A DNA stretch of 64,000 nucleotides from Luminiphilus sp. (GTDB lineage Bacteria; Pseudomonadota; Gammaproteobacteria; Pseudomonadales; Halieaceae): positions 23,035-87,034 of the forward strand of contig CBFHIW010000003.1 in NCBI GenBank assembly GCA_965656065.1, written 5' to 3'. Positions 46,399 through 55,447 of this stretch are shown here, piece by piece. The position numbers and the translations under genes are program-made. The number at the start of each line of letters is the position of its first letter. Positions within the stretch are counted from its first letter, which is position 1. The notes under the pieces are model-generated. The model saw only the letters and a program-made list of their open reading frames with translations, had not been told where the DNA came from and searched no databases.

Positions 46399-46470
46399 GC
46401 AGAGCGCCGTTAGCGGCGTCTCATTTTTGTCTAGAAAACGGCCTTGAAAAGGGAGCGCAGGGTGGGCTGA

Positions 46471-47391
46471 TCAGACGGCCAAATCGCCCCAGGCGAGCGG
46501 CTCGTGCCCCCGGCTCTGCAGCAAGGTGCTGAGCGCTTTGATGTGGTCCGGACCGACCTCGCAGCAGCCGCCAATGACGCTGGCGCCGGCGTCCAGCCAT
46601 TCGGCCGCGAACTTCGCATACTGCTCTGGATCAAGGTCATGTCTGGCTTCCAACACATCGACCACACCGCCCGGTTCCAGTGCGTCGATGGCCGAAAAGC
46701 CATTCGCGTAAGCGCCAAACGCAAAGCGCGATGCTTTCAAGATGGGAATCGCTTGAGAGACGGCCTCCGGCTTGGAGCAATTAATCACCACCGCCAGCGG
46801 CTCGAAGCCGTCGATGGCTTCCAGCGCATCGGAAAGTGACTCTCCGGAGCGCAAAAGCTGGCCGTCGTCGTCAGCAACGGTGAGCCCAAGCATAATCCGG
46901 ACACCCGATTGATCGGCTGCGGTCAGCACCGCGGTCGCCTCGGCAATGGAGGGGATGGTCTCGGCAAGAAAGCCGTCCACGGTCTCAGCCTGTAGCTCAA
47001 TCAGCTCCTGATACTCCTCAATGGCCTGCTCGAGGGGGAGCTGGGTATCGGGGCGATAGCTGGCGACCAACGGGGGCAGTGAGGTGACTAAGGCGGTGTC
47101 TGACCGACCGCTAGCTTCCGCGCCCTGTCGCGCGAGATCTCGCGCATCGTTTAACAAGCTGGCGATTGGCGGCAGGCCCGTGCCCCGTGCCAGCCGGGTG
47201 TGCGTAATCGCATAGGTATTGAGGCAAGCGACGCCTGCACCCGCTTCGCAGAAATCCCGGTGCACCTCGGCGACCAGTTCGGGTTGCTCCAGCATGACCT
47301 GCAGCGACCAGTGATGATGCGCGGGTGAAGGGCTGCGTCGAATCAGCTCTTGTCCCATGCCGCCGTCCAGCAATAAAACACCGTGAGTCAT
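46471..47391 (-). CDS. Homocysteine S-methyltransferase-family protein
   Basis: MTHGVLLLDGGMGQEL N-terminus, with Zn-ligand contexts VVINCSKP and IGGCCEVGPDHI (PF02574-type). 306 aa. Confidence 0.85.
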   Translation of the reverse strand: MTHGVLLLDGGMGQELIRRSPSPAHHHWSLQVMLEQPELVAEVHRDFCEAGAGVACLNTYAITHTRLARGTGLPPIASLLNDARDLARQGAEASGRSDTALVTSLPPLVASYRPDTQLPLEQAIEEYQELIELQAETVDGFLAETIPSIAEATAVLTAADQSGVRIMLGLTVADDDGQLLRSGESLSDALEAIDGFEPLAVVINCSKPEAVSQAIPILKASRFAFGAYANGFSAIDALEPGGVVDVLEARHDLDPEQYAKFAAEWLDAGASVIGGCCEVGPDHIKALSTLLQSRGHEPLAWGDLAV

Positions 47392-47592
47392 ATGTCATCC
47401 TCGTCTTGATCTGGTCGTTGCTCGTGTCTGGGCGCGAGTATAGGTCTCGGCCTCCGTGAGGTATACGGCACCTTCGTTGAGCAGGTCAGTCTTAGAACAG
47501 TTTTTTCCGATCGTTAAGGTATGAGTGTCTCCCCGCGGGATGGAGAGTTTTCCCGAAAGGCAGCCCATCGTTGCTGCCTCCTGGTCAGTTTC

Positions 47593-50500
47593 TCAGGTCG
47601 TGTTGCTGCTACTTCTGATCGAAAACAATAGCGCGTAAAACACCGGTACGGCGAGGAGTGCCAGCACCGAGCCAAAGGCCAGCCCGCCCATGATCGACAC
47701 CGCCATCTCGCGAAAAAAGTCATCTCTCAGGAGCGGCGCCATGCCGACAATGGTGGTGCCTGCCGCCAACAGCACCGGGCGCAGGCGGCTCACACAGGCT
47801 GATACCAAGGCGTGTTGGGTGAGGCCATCATCAACAGAGCGCAGATTGATCTCTTCTACCATGATCACGCAGTTCTTGATCAAGATGCCCACCAGACTCA
47901 GCAGACCAAGCAATGCGGGGAAGGTAAAAGACAGGTCAGTCACAAAGAGCCCGACGAACACGCCCACCATAATGAGTGGCACGGTCATCCAGGTGACCAG
48001 CATTTGCCGCACGCTGCCAAACAGCATCAAGGTCGCAACGATCATCACCAGCAGTGCGATCGGAAAGCGCGAGATGACCATGTCGTTGGCCAATTTCATC
48101 GACTCGTACTCGCCGCCCCATTCAAGTCCATAACCTGGCGGTAGCGGGATAGATTCAATGTCGCCACGGATAGCATTGAACGCGCTGGTAGCGGTTTCAC
48201 CCGGGGGCGCATTCGCCTGGACAGTAATGGCACGGGCCCGGTTGCGCCGCATCAGGAAGCTGTCCTCCGCGCGAAGTGCGGCGGCTGACACCACCTGACG
48301 TGCTGATACAAACGACTGAGTGCTCTCGCTCCAGAGATCACGTTCAAGGAGCTCTGTCGCGGTTTCTGCCAGCGGCATAATGCGCGCCACGATGGGAACG
48401 GGTTTATCACCATCACGCAGCACACCGACAGGAGTGCCGACGGTGCTCGACTCCACAGCCCGCGAGACGTCGGGTAACTGAATGCCAGCGCGTCGTGCTC
48501 GGGCGTGATCTGGCATCACGGCCAGTGACAGCCGTTGCTCCCGCCAATCGATCTTGCGATCAATCAGCCGGTGCTCAATGAAGTGCTGCATGGTCTGCTC
48601 TGCGAGCCCGCGCAGCTCGGTGCGGTCACTCCCATAAAAGCGCGCCTCGATTTTGCTCGCGGTGCTGCTGGTGAACTCGAGCCGTCGCACCATGTGATGG
48701 ATTTCAGGGAATTCGGCCGCAATCAGTTCACCGGTTTGCGCCATCAGCCCCGTCACCGCCTCGACGTCATCGACATTGACCACCAGCTGCGCATAGGCGG
48801 GGTCGGGGCGCTCGGGCAGTAGAATCATGGTGAAACGAACGGGGCCTCGGCCTGCCCAAGTTGAGACCTCGGTCACGCCTTTAAGGCTGAGTAGCCGCTT
48901 GCGCACGCGATCGGCCATGCGATCGCTGGCGTGAATATCCGTGCCCTGGGTTTGATAGAGATCCACAAAGAAGAGCGGCGTGCTGGTTGCCGGGAAAAAC
49001 CCCTGCTTCAGCTGCGTGAAGCCCATGATGCTCGACAACATGACGCCCAGCAGGGCAAGCGTGGTCCAGCCGCGTCGGGCAATACCCCATGCCATGAGTT
49101 TGCGATATCCCGCGAAAATCGGCCCGGCGTAAAGGCGGCTCTCGGGCACAGCCTCCGGCACAGAGGTGAGCAGCGCCAGCCCGATGGAAGGCACCAACGT
49201 AATCGCCAGGACCCAACTCAAGAGCAGCGATATGCCGCACACCGTGAACAACGACCCCAGAAACTGACCCGTTGAGTCGTTCGACAGGCCAATCGGGGCA
49301 AAGGCGGCGATCCCGATGACCGTGGCGGCAAGTAGGGGGAAGCGTGTGGTCGCCACCCCCGCGATGGCCGACTCGCGGGGGCTGAGACCCTGTTTGATGC
49401 GGGTGATCATGCCCTCGGTCACCACAATAGCGTTGTCGACCAGCATGCCCATTGCGATCATCATCGCGCCCAGCGAAATCCGCTGCAGTTCGATCCCCGC
49501 GGCGGCCATCACGCCGATGGTGCCGGTCACTGTCAGTAATAGCACCGCGCCCACCATCACGCCGGCGCGCCAGCCCATAAACAAGCACAGCGCGGCGATG
49601 ACCGTGGTGATAGAGGCGGTGAGGTTCAGCAGAAATTGACCGATCGACCGGTCAACCAGGCGATGCTGTTCAAAAAGCGGAATCATCTCGATGCCTACGG
49701 GCAAGAGTTGCTGCAGTTCGAGGAGTCGCGCTTCTACGACTTTGCCCACCCGGACCACATTCTGGGTTTCGCTGATGGCGATCCCGAGGGCGAAAATGCG
49801 CTGGCCTTCGTGCCGCACGATCAGTGAGGGCAGATTGGTCTCCTCGCGGGACACGCCGGCCACGTCGCCGAGGCGAATCATCGACGTCTCCCCGGGCAGG
49901 GCAATCAGCAGCTCTTCCAGCACCGCCTCACTCCGCTCCAGCGGAATATCGATGCGCATGCGCTGATCACCCGACTCCATCATGGAGGCAGGGAAGAGCC
50001 CCGAGGCGCTGTTGATGGCCTCGACGATGCGATAAAAGGGCACGCCCAGCTGGCGGAGCTGCGCGTAATCGAAATCGATCTGGACCTGTTCCTCCGGCAC
50101 ACCCTCGACCCGCACCTTGGCGACGTGCTCGACCCGCTTGATTTCGGTTTCTAATAGGCGGGCGGCGTCGCGGATGGTGGCGATGTCATAGCCGTCGGGG
50201 ACGGTGAATCCGTACAACAAGCCATAGACGTCGCTGAAATCATCCTCGACCCAGGGTGGGTGGGCGCCCGCTGGTAACTGCATGGCCGCCTCGGCGACCC
50301 GGCGGCGTAGCTCATCCCAGATCTGGCCCGTATCGCTGGCTGACACCGAGTGATTGAGCTCAATCTCGATCTCTGAGCGCCCGGGCAGTGATCTCGACAC
50401 AATATTTTCAATCCAGGGCAGCTCCTGAATCGAGCGCTCCAGCACCTCGGTGACTTCCTGTTCCACATCGAGTGTCGAGGCGCCCGGGTACTCGGTGAAC

Positions 50501-50649
50501 ACATAGGCAATCTTGATCGGGTAGGGCGGATCCTCGAGCTGCGCAATGCGCTGCCCGCCGGCCAACCCACCGATCAGGCAGGTGAGCACGATGACCCACA
50601 CATACAGCGGGTTCGCGAGCGCAAATTCAGTGAGCGATGACCGTGACAT
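47593..50649 (-). CDS. RND efflux transporter permease (AcrB family)
   Basis: About 1018 aa with 12 TM segments and two large periplasmic loops. ATG at 50649; the track ORF starts one codon earlier at TTG. 3 nt after the MFP stop. Confidence 0.9.
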   Translation of the reverse strand: MSRSSLTEFALANPLYVWVIVLTCLIGGLAGGQRIAQLEDPPYPIKIAYVFTEYPGASTLDVEQEVTEVLERSIQELPWIENIVSRSLPGRSEIEIELNHSVSASDTGQIWDELRRRVAEAAMQLPAGAHPPWVEDDFSDVYGLLYGFTVPDGYDIATIRDAARLLETEIKRVEHVAKVRVEGVPEEQVQIDFDYAQLRQLGVPFYRIVEAINSASGLFPASMMESGDQRMRIDIPLERSEAVLEELLIALPGETSMIRLGDVAGVSREETNLPSLIVRHEGQRIFALGIAISETQNVVRVGKVVEARLLELQQLLPVGIEMIPLFEQHRLVDRSIGQFLLNLTASITTVIAALCLFMGWRAGVMVGAVLLLTVTGTIGVMAAAGIELQRISLGAMMIAMGMLVDNAIVVTEGMITRIKQGLSPRESAIAGVATTRFPLLAATVIGIAAFAPIGLSNDSTGQFLGSLFTVCGISLLLSWVLAITLVPSIGLALLTSVPEAVPESRLYAGPIFAGYRKLMAWGIARRGWTTLALLGVMLSSIMGFTQLKQGFFPATSTPLFFVDLYQTQGTDIHASDRMADRVRKRLLSLKGVTEVSTWAGRGPVRFTMILLPERPDPAYAQLVVNVDDVEAVTGLMAQTGELIAAEFPEIHHMVRRLEFTSSTASKIEARFYGSDRTELRGLAEQTMQHFIEHRLIDRKIDWREQRLSLAVMPDHARARRAGIQLPDVSRAVESSTVGTPVGVLRDGDKPVPIVARIMPLAETATELLERDLWSESTQSFVSARQVVSAAALRAEDSFLMRRNRARAITVQANAPPGETATSAFNAIRGDIESIPLPPGYGLEWGGEYESMKLANDMVISRFPIALLVMIVATLMLFGSVRQMLVTWMTVPLIMVGVFVGLFVTDLSFTFPALLGLLSLVGILIKNCVIMVEEINLRSVDDGLTQHALVSACVSRLRPVLLAAGTTIVGMAPLLRDDFFREMAVSIMGGLAFGSVLALLAVPVFYALLFSIRSSSNTT

Positions 50650-50652
50650 CAA

Positions 50653-51702
50653 TTAGCTGTCCCCGAGGGGCCGCACCTGCATACCCTCGTAAAGCCAGGC
50701 GCCCCCCACGGCGACCACCTGTTCGCCGAGTTCAAGCCCGGAGAGCACTGGCACGCGCTTCCGGCTGGGCAGGCCCACTTCGATGGGTCGCTTGGCCACA
50801 ACTGATGAGTCGCGCTCAACCGTCCAGACGAAGAAGTTGCCTGACGCGTCACTCTGCACTGCACTGAGGGGCAGTTGGATGACGGAGTCATCGGGTGTGG
50901 CCATAGACAACAAGACGGTGGCGGTCATGCCGGGTAACACAGGCCAGGGTGGGGTGTCGATCAGTGAAAACCGTACGTCGTAAGTTTGGGTGTCTCTGCT
51001 CGCCTCGGCCTCGTAATCGAGCCACTGCGCTTCGAATAGGCGATCGGGGTCGGCGGTGAAGCGCACGGCAGCACTTTGCAGGGTTGACGGATTCAGTCGC
51101 GCCATCAGTTGCTCGGGCACGCCGATCACGACCTCGATGCGCTCAACCGGCGCCAGGCGAATCACGGGAGTGAGTCTCACGATGGGAGAGTAATTCTCGG
51201 CCAGACGTTTGGTCAGCAGTCCCGCAAACGGTGCGCGCAGTACCGTGTCATCGAGATCTTTTTGCGCCGTCTCTACCGCAAGGCCCGTCAGTTTGGCGCG
51301 TGCCACGGCCTCATCGAGCTCCGCCTGAGACACGGTGCCAGAGGCTTTCAGTGACTCGACGCGCGATAGGGTTTTTTCGGCCAGCTCGTGATCAGCTCGG
51401 GCGCTTTTTAGGGCAAGCTCGAATCGCTCCGGATCCAGCTGCGCAATCACATCGCCAGCCTGCACCAGCGCCCCCTCTGGTAGAGGCAACTGCTGCAGCG
51501 TGCCGTCGATTTCAAAGCCCAGTTCCACTGTATGTGCCGGTGCCACCTTGCCGACAAACTGGCTGGGTGCCGAGTGGTCTCCAGTCCCAACAGTGATCAA
51601 GCGAGCGGGCCGCGCCGCAGGGGATGTCTCGACATTGGAGTCGGCCCCACAACCAGGCAGTCCGGCTATGACCCAGAGCGTGACGAATACACTTCTCAGC
51701 AT
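50653..51702 (-). CDS. RND efflux periplasmic adaptor (MFP) lipoprotein
   Basis: Lipobox IAGLPGC, coiled-coil hairpin region and beta-barrel domain pattern. 349 aa. Confidence 0.85.
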   Translation of the reverse strand: MLRSVFVTLWVIAGLPGCGADSNVETSPAARPARLITVGTGDHSAPSQFVGKVAPAHTVELGFEIDGTLQQLPLPEGALVQAGDVIAQLDPERFELALKSARADHELAEKTLSRVESLKASGTVSQAELDEAVARAKLTGLAVETAQKDLDDTVLRAPFAGLLTKRLAENYSPIVRLTPVIRLAPVERIEVVIGVPEQLMARLNPSTLQSAAVRFTADPDRLFEAQWLDYEAEASRDTQTYDVRFSLIDTPPWPVLPGMTATVLLSMATPDDSVIQLPLSAVQSDASGNFFVWTVERDSSVVAKRPIEVGLPSRKRVPVLSGLELGEQVVAVGGAWLYEGMQVRPLGDS

Positions 51703-52244
51703 GGCGCCAGCTCCTCTGTCAGCCCCTTGAGGTGTCGGCGGATCTCGTTGCGCTCAGCGGTGCTGAGTGACAACAGCCCCAGCAGCTCCAGAAACTGGAG
51801 CCCCTGTGAGGCCAGAAAAATGGTCCGTGCCGACGTCGCCGTGGTTTTAGTGAGGCCTAATTGGGCGAACACGGCCTCGACGTGTTGCTGGGCAGGGGCG
51901 ATCAGCTCGGGGTTCTCGGCCGAGGCCGCGATCAGCCCCTGCGCCATGATCCGCTCGTCCCGGGGGAGGTCGAAGTCGGCATCAATCAGACTATTGAGCA
52001 GCGCGGCGTCACTCATACTCTCTGCCGAGCTCAGGTCATCAACTAACCCCGCGCGATTCTCCAGCAGATGGTTTAGTAGCCCCTGTAGCAGCGCATCCTT
52101 GGACGGGTAGTGATACAAGAGCCCGCCCTTCGATAGGTCGGCCTCGGCCGCCACTTTCTCCAGCGTGAGATGGCCTGCACCGTCGCGCTCAATCACTTTG
52201 GCCGCGGCCACGCGAATGCGGGCGCGGGTAATTTCCGATTTCAT
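51696..52244 (-). CDS. TetR/AcrR-family regulator of the efflux operon
   Basis: Trimmed to MKSEITRARIRVAAAKVIERDGAGHLTLEKVAAEADLSKGGLLYHYPSK (HTH). Overlaps the MFP start by 7 nt. Confidence 0.8.
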   Translation of the reverse strand: MKSEITRARIRVAAAKVIERDGAGHLTLEKVAAEADLSKGGLLYHYPSKDALLQGLLNHLLENRAGLVDDLSSAESMSDAALLNSLIDADFDLPRDERIMAQGLIAASAENPELIAPAQQHVEAVFAQLGLTKTTATSARTIFLASQGLQFLELLGLLSLSTAERNEIRRHLKGLTEELAPC

Positions 52245-52260
52245 GATGCACCATTTATAA

Positions 52261-52274
52261 ACCGTCCAGACGGT
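52261..52274. promoter_or_regulatory. Candidate TetR operator ACCGTC-ca-GACGGT
   Basis: Perfect 6+6 palindrome with partly symmetric TATA flanks, 17 nt upstream of the TetR start codon in the TetR/SSS divergent region. Confidence 0.45.
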
Positions 52275-52403
52275 ATAGTAATGTAATCGCGGTGCGTTGT
52301 CACAGGCCCGCAAAGCGCCTGAAGTTTGCTGGTGGGGGGGTCTGTGCGTACCCTGCAGTCATGGTGACCACACCTTTCCTCACATGACTGCTTTCCTCCC
52401 CAG

Positions 52404-54116
52404 ATGACTGCTGATCTGCTGCTGACGATCCTGAGCTGTATCGGCTTCATGGGGCTGGTGGCATTCGTGTCGTGGCGGCAGACCCGTGGCCGGGTTGATA
52501 CGGGCACCGGTTACTTCCTCGCTGGGCGGGGTTTGGGCGCCACCTTTATTGCCGGATCCTTGTTACTCACGAACCTCTCCGCGGAGCAGCTCATTGGTCT
52601 CAATGGCTCGGCCTATGGCTACAACCTGAGCAGCATGGGCTGGGAGGTGACCGCCGCGGTTGCCACTGTGCTGATGGCGTTTTTCTTTTTGCCCAAGTAC
52701 CTCGCCGGGGCCTTCACGACCTTGCCGGAGTTTCTCAGCGCGCGCTTCGACGAAGGTGTGCGTCGCATGACCGTGGTGCTCTTTATGCTCGGCTATGGGT
52801 TGGTGACGATCCCCAGCGTGCTGTACTCCGGTTCGATTGCGGTGCTCAAACTCTTTGACGTGCCTGAGCTCTTGCAACTGGATTACGGTACCTCGCTGGT
52901 GTTGACCATTGTGGTCATCGGTGCATTGGGCGCGTCCTACGCCATACTCGGTGGCCTGAGGGCGGTGGCGGTCTCCGACACCCTTAACGGCGTCGGCCTG
53001 CTGATCGTGGGTGTGGCCGTGCCGTGGCTGGGTCTGCAAGCACTCGGCGAGGGGAGCGTGGGTGCCGGTCTTAATATTGTGCTGACAACCGAGACCCAGA
53101 AGCTCAATGCCATCGGCGGGCCAACCGACCCGACGCCCTTTGCCACGCTCTTTACCGGGATGGTCTTCGCCAATCTTTTCTATTGGTGCACCAACCAATA
53201 TGTGATTCAACGCACCCTCGCCGCGCGCAGCCTCGCTGAAGGGCAAAAGGGCGTGCTGTTATCCGGCTTTTTCAAGGTGCTGGTGCCCCTATTGATGATG
53301 ATCCCCGGTGTCGTGGCGTATCACCTTTACGGGCCCGAGCTGCAATCGATTGATCTGGCCTACCCCCAAATGGTGGCCGATGTCCTGCCGGTTTATGCCA
53401 CCGGTTTTTTCCTGGCCGTATTGCTGGGCGCCGTGCTGAGTTCCTTCAACTCGCTGATCAACAGTGCGTCGACGCTGTTCTGTATTGATGTCTATCAGCC
53501 ACTCGCTGGCCGAGAGGTCTCTGATGCGGAAATGGTGAGGGTGGCCAAGCGGGTGGGATTGGTGATGACCGGCTTTTCGTTATTGGTCGCGCCGCTTTTA
53601 CAGTTTGCCGCCGAGGGGCTCTGGCAAATCATTCGGATTTTCACGGGCTTCTATAATATTCCGATGATCGCGATTGTGATCGTCGGGCTCTTCACCCGGC
53701 AGGTGCCTGCGGTGGCGGCCAAGGTGGTGATTGTGTTCCACATTGTTGCCTATGGCGGCTTCCAGTTTGCCCTCAAGGACCTGTTTCCGGTGCACTTTTT
53801 GCATCTCTACGCGATCCTGTTTGTGGTGGAGGTGGCGATGATGCTCGCGATCGGTGCACGGCGCCCGCGAAAAGAGGAGACGGCCATCAGACAGACCGCA
53901 GAGGTAGACCTCACCCCCTGGGCTTATGCGCAACCCTGCGCGGTGACGCTGCTGTCCTGCGTGGTGGCGCTCTATGTTGTGTTCTCACCCATCGGTCTAG
54001 CTGGTGACGGCTCAAATCTCTTTGCGCCCGTTTTGCTGGGTCTACTCGCGCTGAATGTGCTGTTTTGGTTCGGTTGGCACCGCCGACTGGCGGCTGGGCT
54101 GGGAGTCCGCGCATGA
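52404..54116 (+). CDS. Sodium:solute symporter (SSS/SGLT family)
   Basis: 570 aa, about 14 TM segments, with the YFLAGR N-terminal motif and the FANLFYWCTNQYVIQR block typical of SGLT-like SSS transporters. Confidence 0.85.
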   Translation: MTADLLLTILSCIGFMGLVAFVSWRQTRGRVDTGTGYFLAGRGLGATFIAGSLLLTNLSAEQLIGLNGSAYGYNLSSMGWEVTAAVATVLMAFFFLPKYLAGAFTTLPEFLSARFDEGVRRMTVVLFMLGYGLVTIPSVLYSGSIAVLKLFDVPELLQLDYGTSLVLTIVVIGALGASYAILGGLRAVAVSDTLNGVGLLIVGVAVPWLGLQALGEGSVGAGLNIVLTTETQKLNAIGGPTDPTPFATLFTGMVFANLFYWCTNQYVIQRTLAARSLAEGQKGVLLSGFFKVLVPLLMMIPGVVAYHLYGPELQSIDLAYPQMVADVLPVYATGFFLAVLLGAVLSSFNSLINSASTLFCIDVYQPLAGREVSDAEMVRVAKRVGLVMTGFSLLVAPLLQFAAEGLWQIIRIFTGFYNIPMIAIVIVGLFTRQVPAVAAKVVIVFHIVAYGGFQFALKDLFPVHFLHLYAILFVVEVAMMLAIGARRPRKEETAIRQTAEVDLTPWAYAQPCAVTLLSCVVALYVVFSPIGLAGDGSNLFAPVLLGLLALNVLFWFGWHRRLAAGLGVRA

Positions 54117-55327
54117 CACATTCTCCGTCGCCATTGGAGGGCAGCGCAGCAGATCGCGTCGCCGCACTGACCCCTGAGAACCCTTACTTGTCGACGGAAC
54201 GCAAACCCCGCCTGCTGATTGTCGGGGCGGGCATGATGGGGCGAGAGCATCTGCGTGTTTCTCATCTGCTGGGCTGGGCAGACGTGCAGGGCATTGTCGA
54301 TCCCAATGGCGGGAGCCTTGAGTGGGCGTGCGCCGACTGGCGCCTACTCACCAGCGCGCCGCTCACGATCTATCGCGATCTGAATGAGGCCTGCGGGGAT
54401 GAGGCGGTAGACGCGATTGTGATCGCGACGCCCAACCACACGCACCGGGATGTCCTGCACGCCGTTGCCTCATCGCACAAGCCCGTGTTGCTCGAGAAGC
54501 CGATGGCCACGACCTTGGCGGACGCCATGGACATCGTGAATCTCGCGCGGGATTACCCCGCGGTCATCCAGCTGGGGATGCAGTACCGCTTTAAGGCGCA
54601 ATACGTGGAGGCACTACAGGCAGTGGCAGCACAGAGCGCACTCGGGGAGGTCAAGACCGTTGCGATGTCAGAGTATCGGCCGCCCTTTTTGGACAAGGTT
54701 GATCAATGGAACAAGTTCAATCGTAACAGCGGCGGCACTTTGGTTGAAAAATGCTGCCACTATTTTGATCTCATCAATGTCGTCGCGCAGTCGCGACCGA
54801 GGCGGGTCTATGCCAGCGGTGGCAGGGCGGTGAACTTTCTCGATTTTGAATGGCAAGGTGAGATGTCCGATATCGATGACCACGCCATGGTGATCATCGA
54901 CTACGACAACGGTGTGCGGGCCAGCTTTACGCTCAACATGTTTTGTCAGGAGCTGTATGAAGAGTTGGTGGTGGTGGGTGAGCACGGCCGTTTGGTGGCC
55001 AGTGAGCGGGCTAGCTTTCATCCCGATACGCCGTCGGCCGCGCAATTACTGGTGGAGGTGCCAGAGCATCCTGCCTATGGTGGCGTACCCGTTCGCTATC
55101 CGGACTGGATTGAAGCCAGCGGCCACTATGGTGCCACCTTTTTTGAACATATCGCCTTTAATTTGCAGCTGGCGGGGCAGGCGGTGGACGCAGCCACGCC
55201 GGAGCAGGCACTCTGGTCGCTGATTGTGGCCAGCGCTGCCCAGCACTCGATGCAGACTGGGCGCGAAGTCGACGTCGGCGCGTTCTGTGAAGCAGAGGGC
55301 ATAGGCGATTTTTACGAGGGACATTGA
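54113..55327 (+). CDS. Gfo/Idh/MocA-family NAD(P)-dependent oxidoreductase
   Basis: Trimmed to MTHSPSPL (ATGA overlap with the symporter stop). Rossmann motif LLIVGAGMMGREH, then EKP in LLEKPMA. 404 aa. Confidence 0.85.
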   Translation: MTHSPSPLEGSAADRVAALTPENPYLSTERKPRLLIVGAGMMGREHLRVSHLLGWADVQGIVDPNGGSLEWACADWRLLTSAPLTIYRDLNEACGDEAVDAIVIATPNHTHRDVLHAVASSHKPVLLEKPMATTLADAMDIVNLARDYPAVIQLGMQYRFKAQYVEALQAVAAQSALGEVKTVAMSEYRPPFLDKVDQWNKFNRNSGGTLVEKCCHYFDLINVVAQSRPRRVYASGGRAVNFLDFEWQGEMSDIDDHAMVIIDYDNGVRASFTLNMFCQELYEELVVVGEHGRLVASERASFHPDTPSAAQLLVEVPEHPAYGGVPVRYPDWIEASGHYGATFFEHIAFNLQLAGQAVDAATPEQALWSLIVASAAQHSMQTGREVDVGAFCEAEGIGDFYEGH

Positions 55328-55447
55328 CGGCTCACCGTCATACCCGTGGGCGAAAGCCATGGGAGCGGTGCCCAATTAGCAGGATGGCGGATCCCTAGCC
55401 TGCGGTAATGATGTGACCTGGTGCTGAGGTCGAAAGGAGAGACGACA

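Noticed and set aside
53161-53210. Cluster of palindromes (TTGGTGCACCAA, CCAAT repeats) inside the SSS symporter gene.
   Set aside because: It falls within the conserved FANLFYWCTNQYVIQ coding block. The symmetry is explained by codon choice for a conserved peptide, not by a regulatory site.
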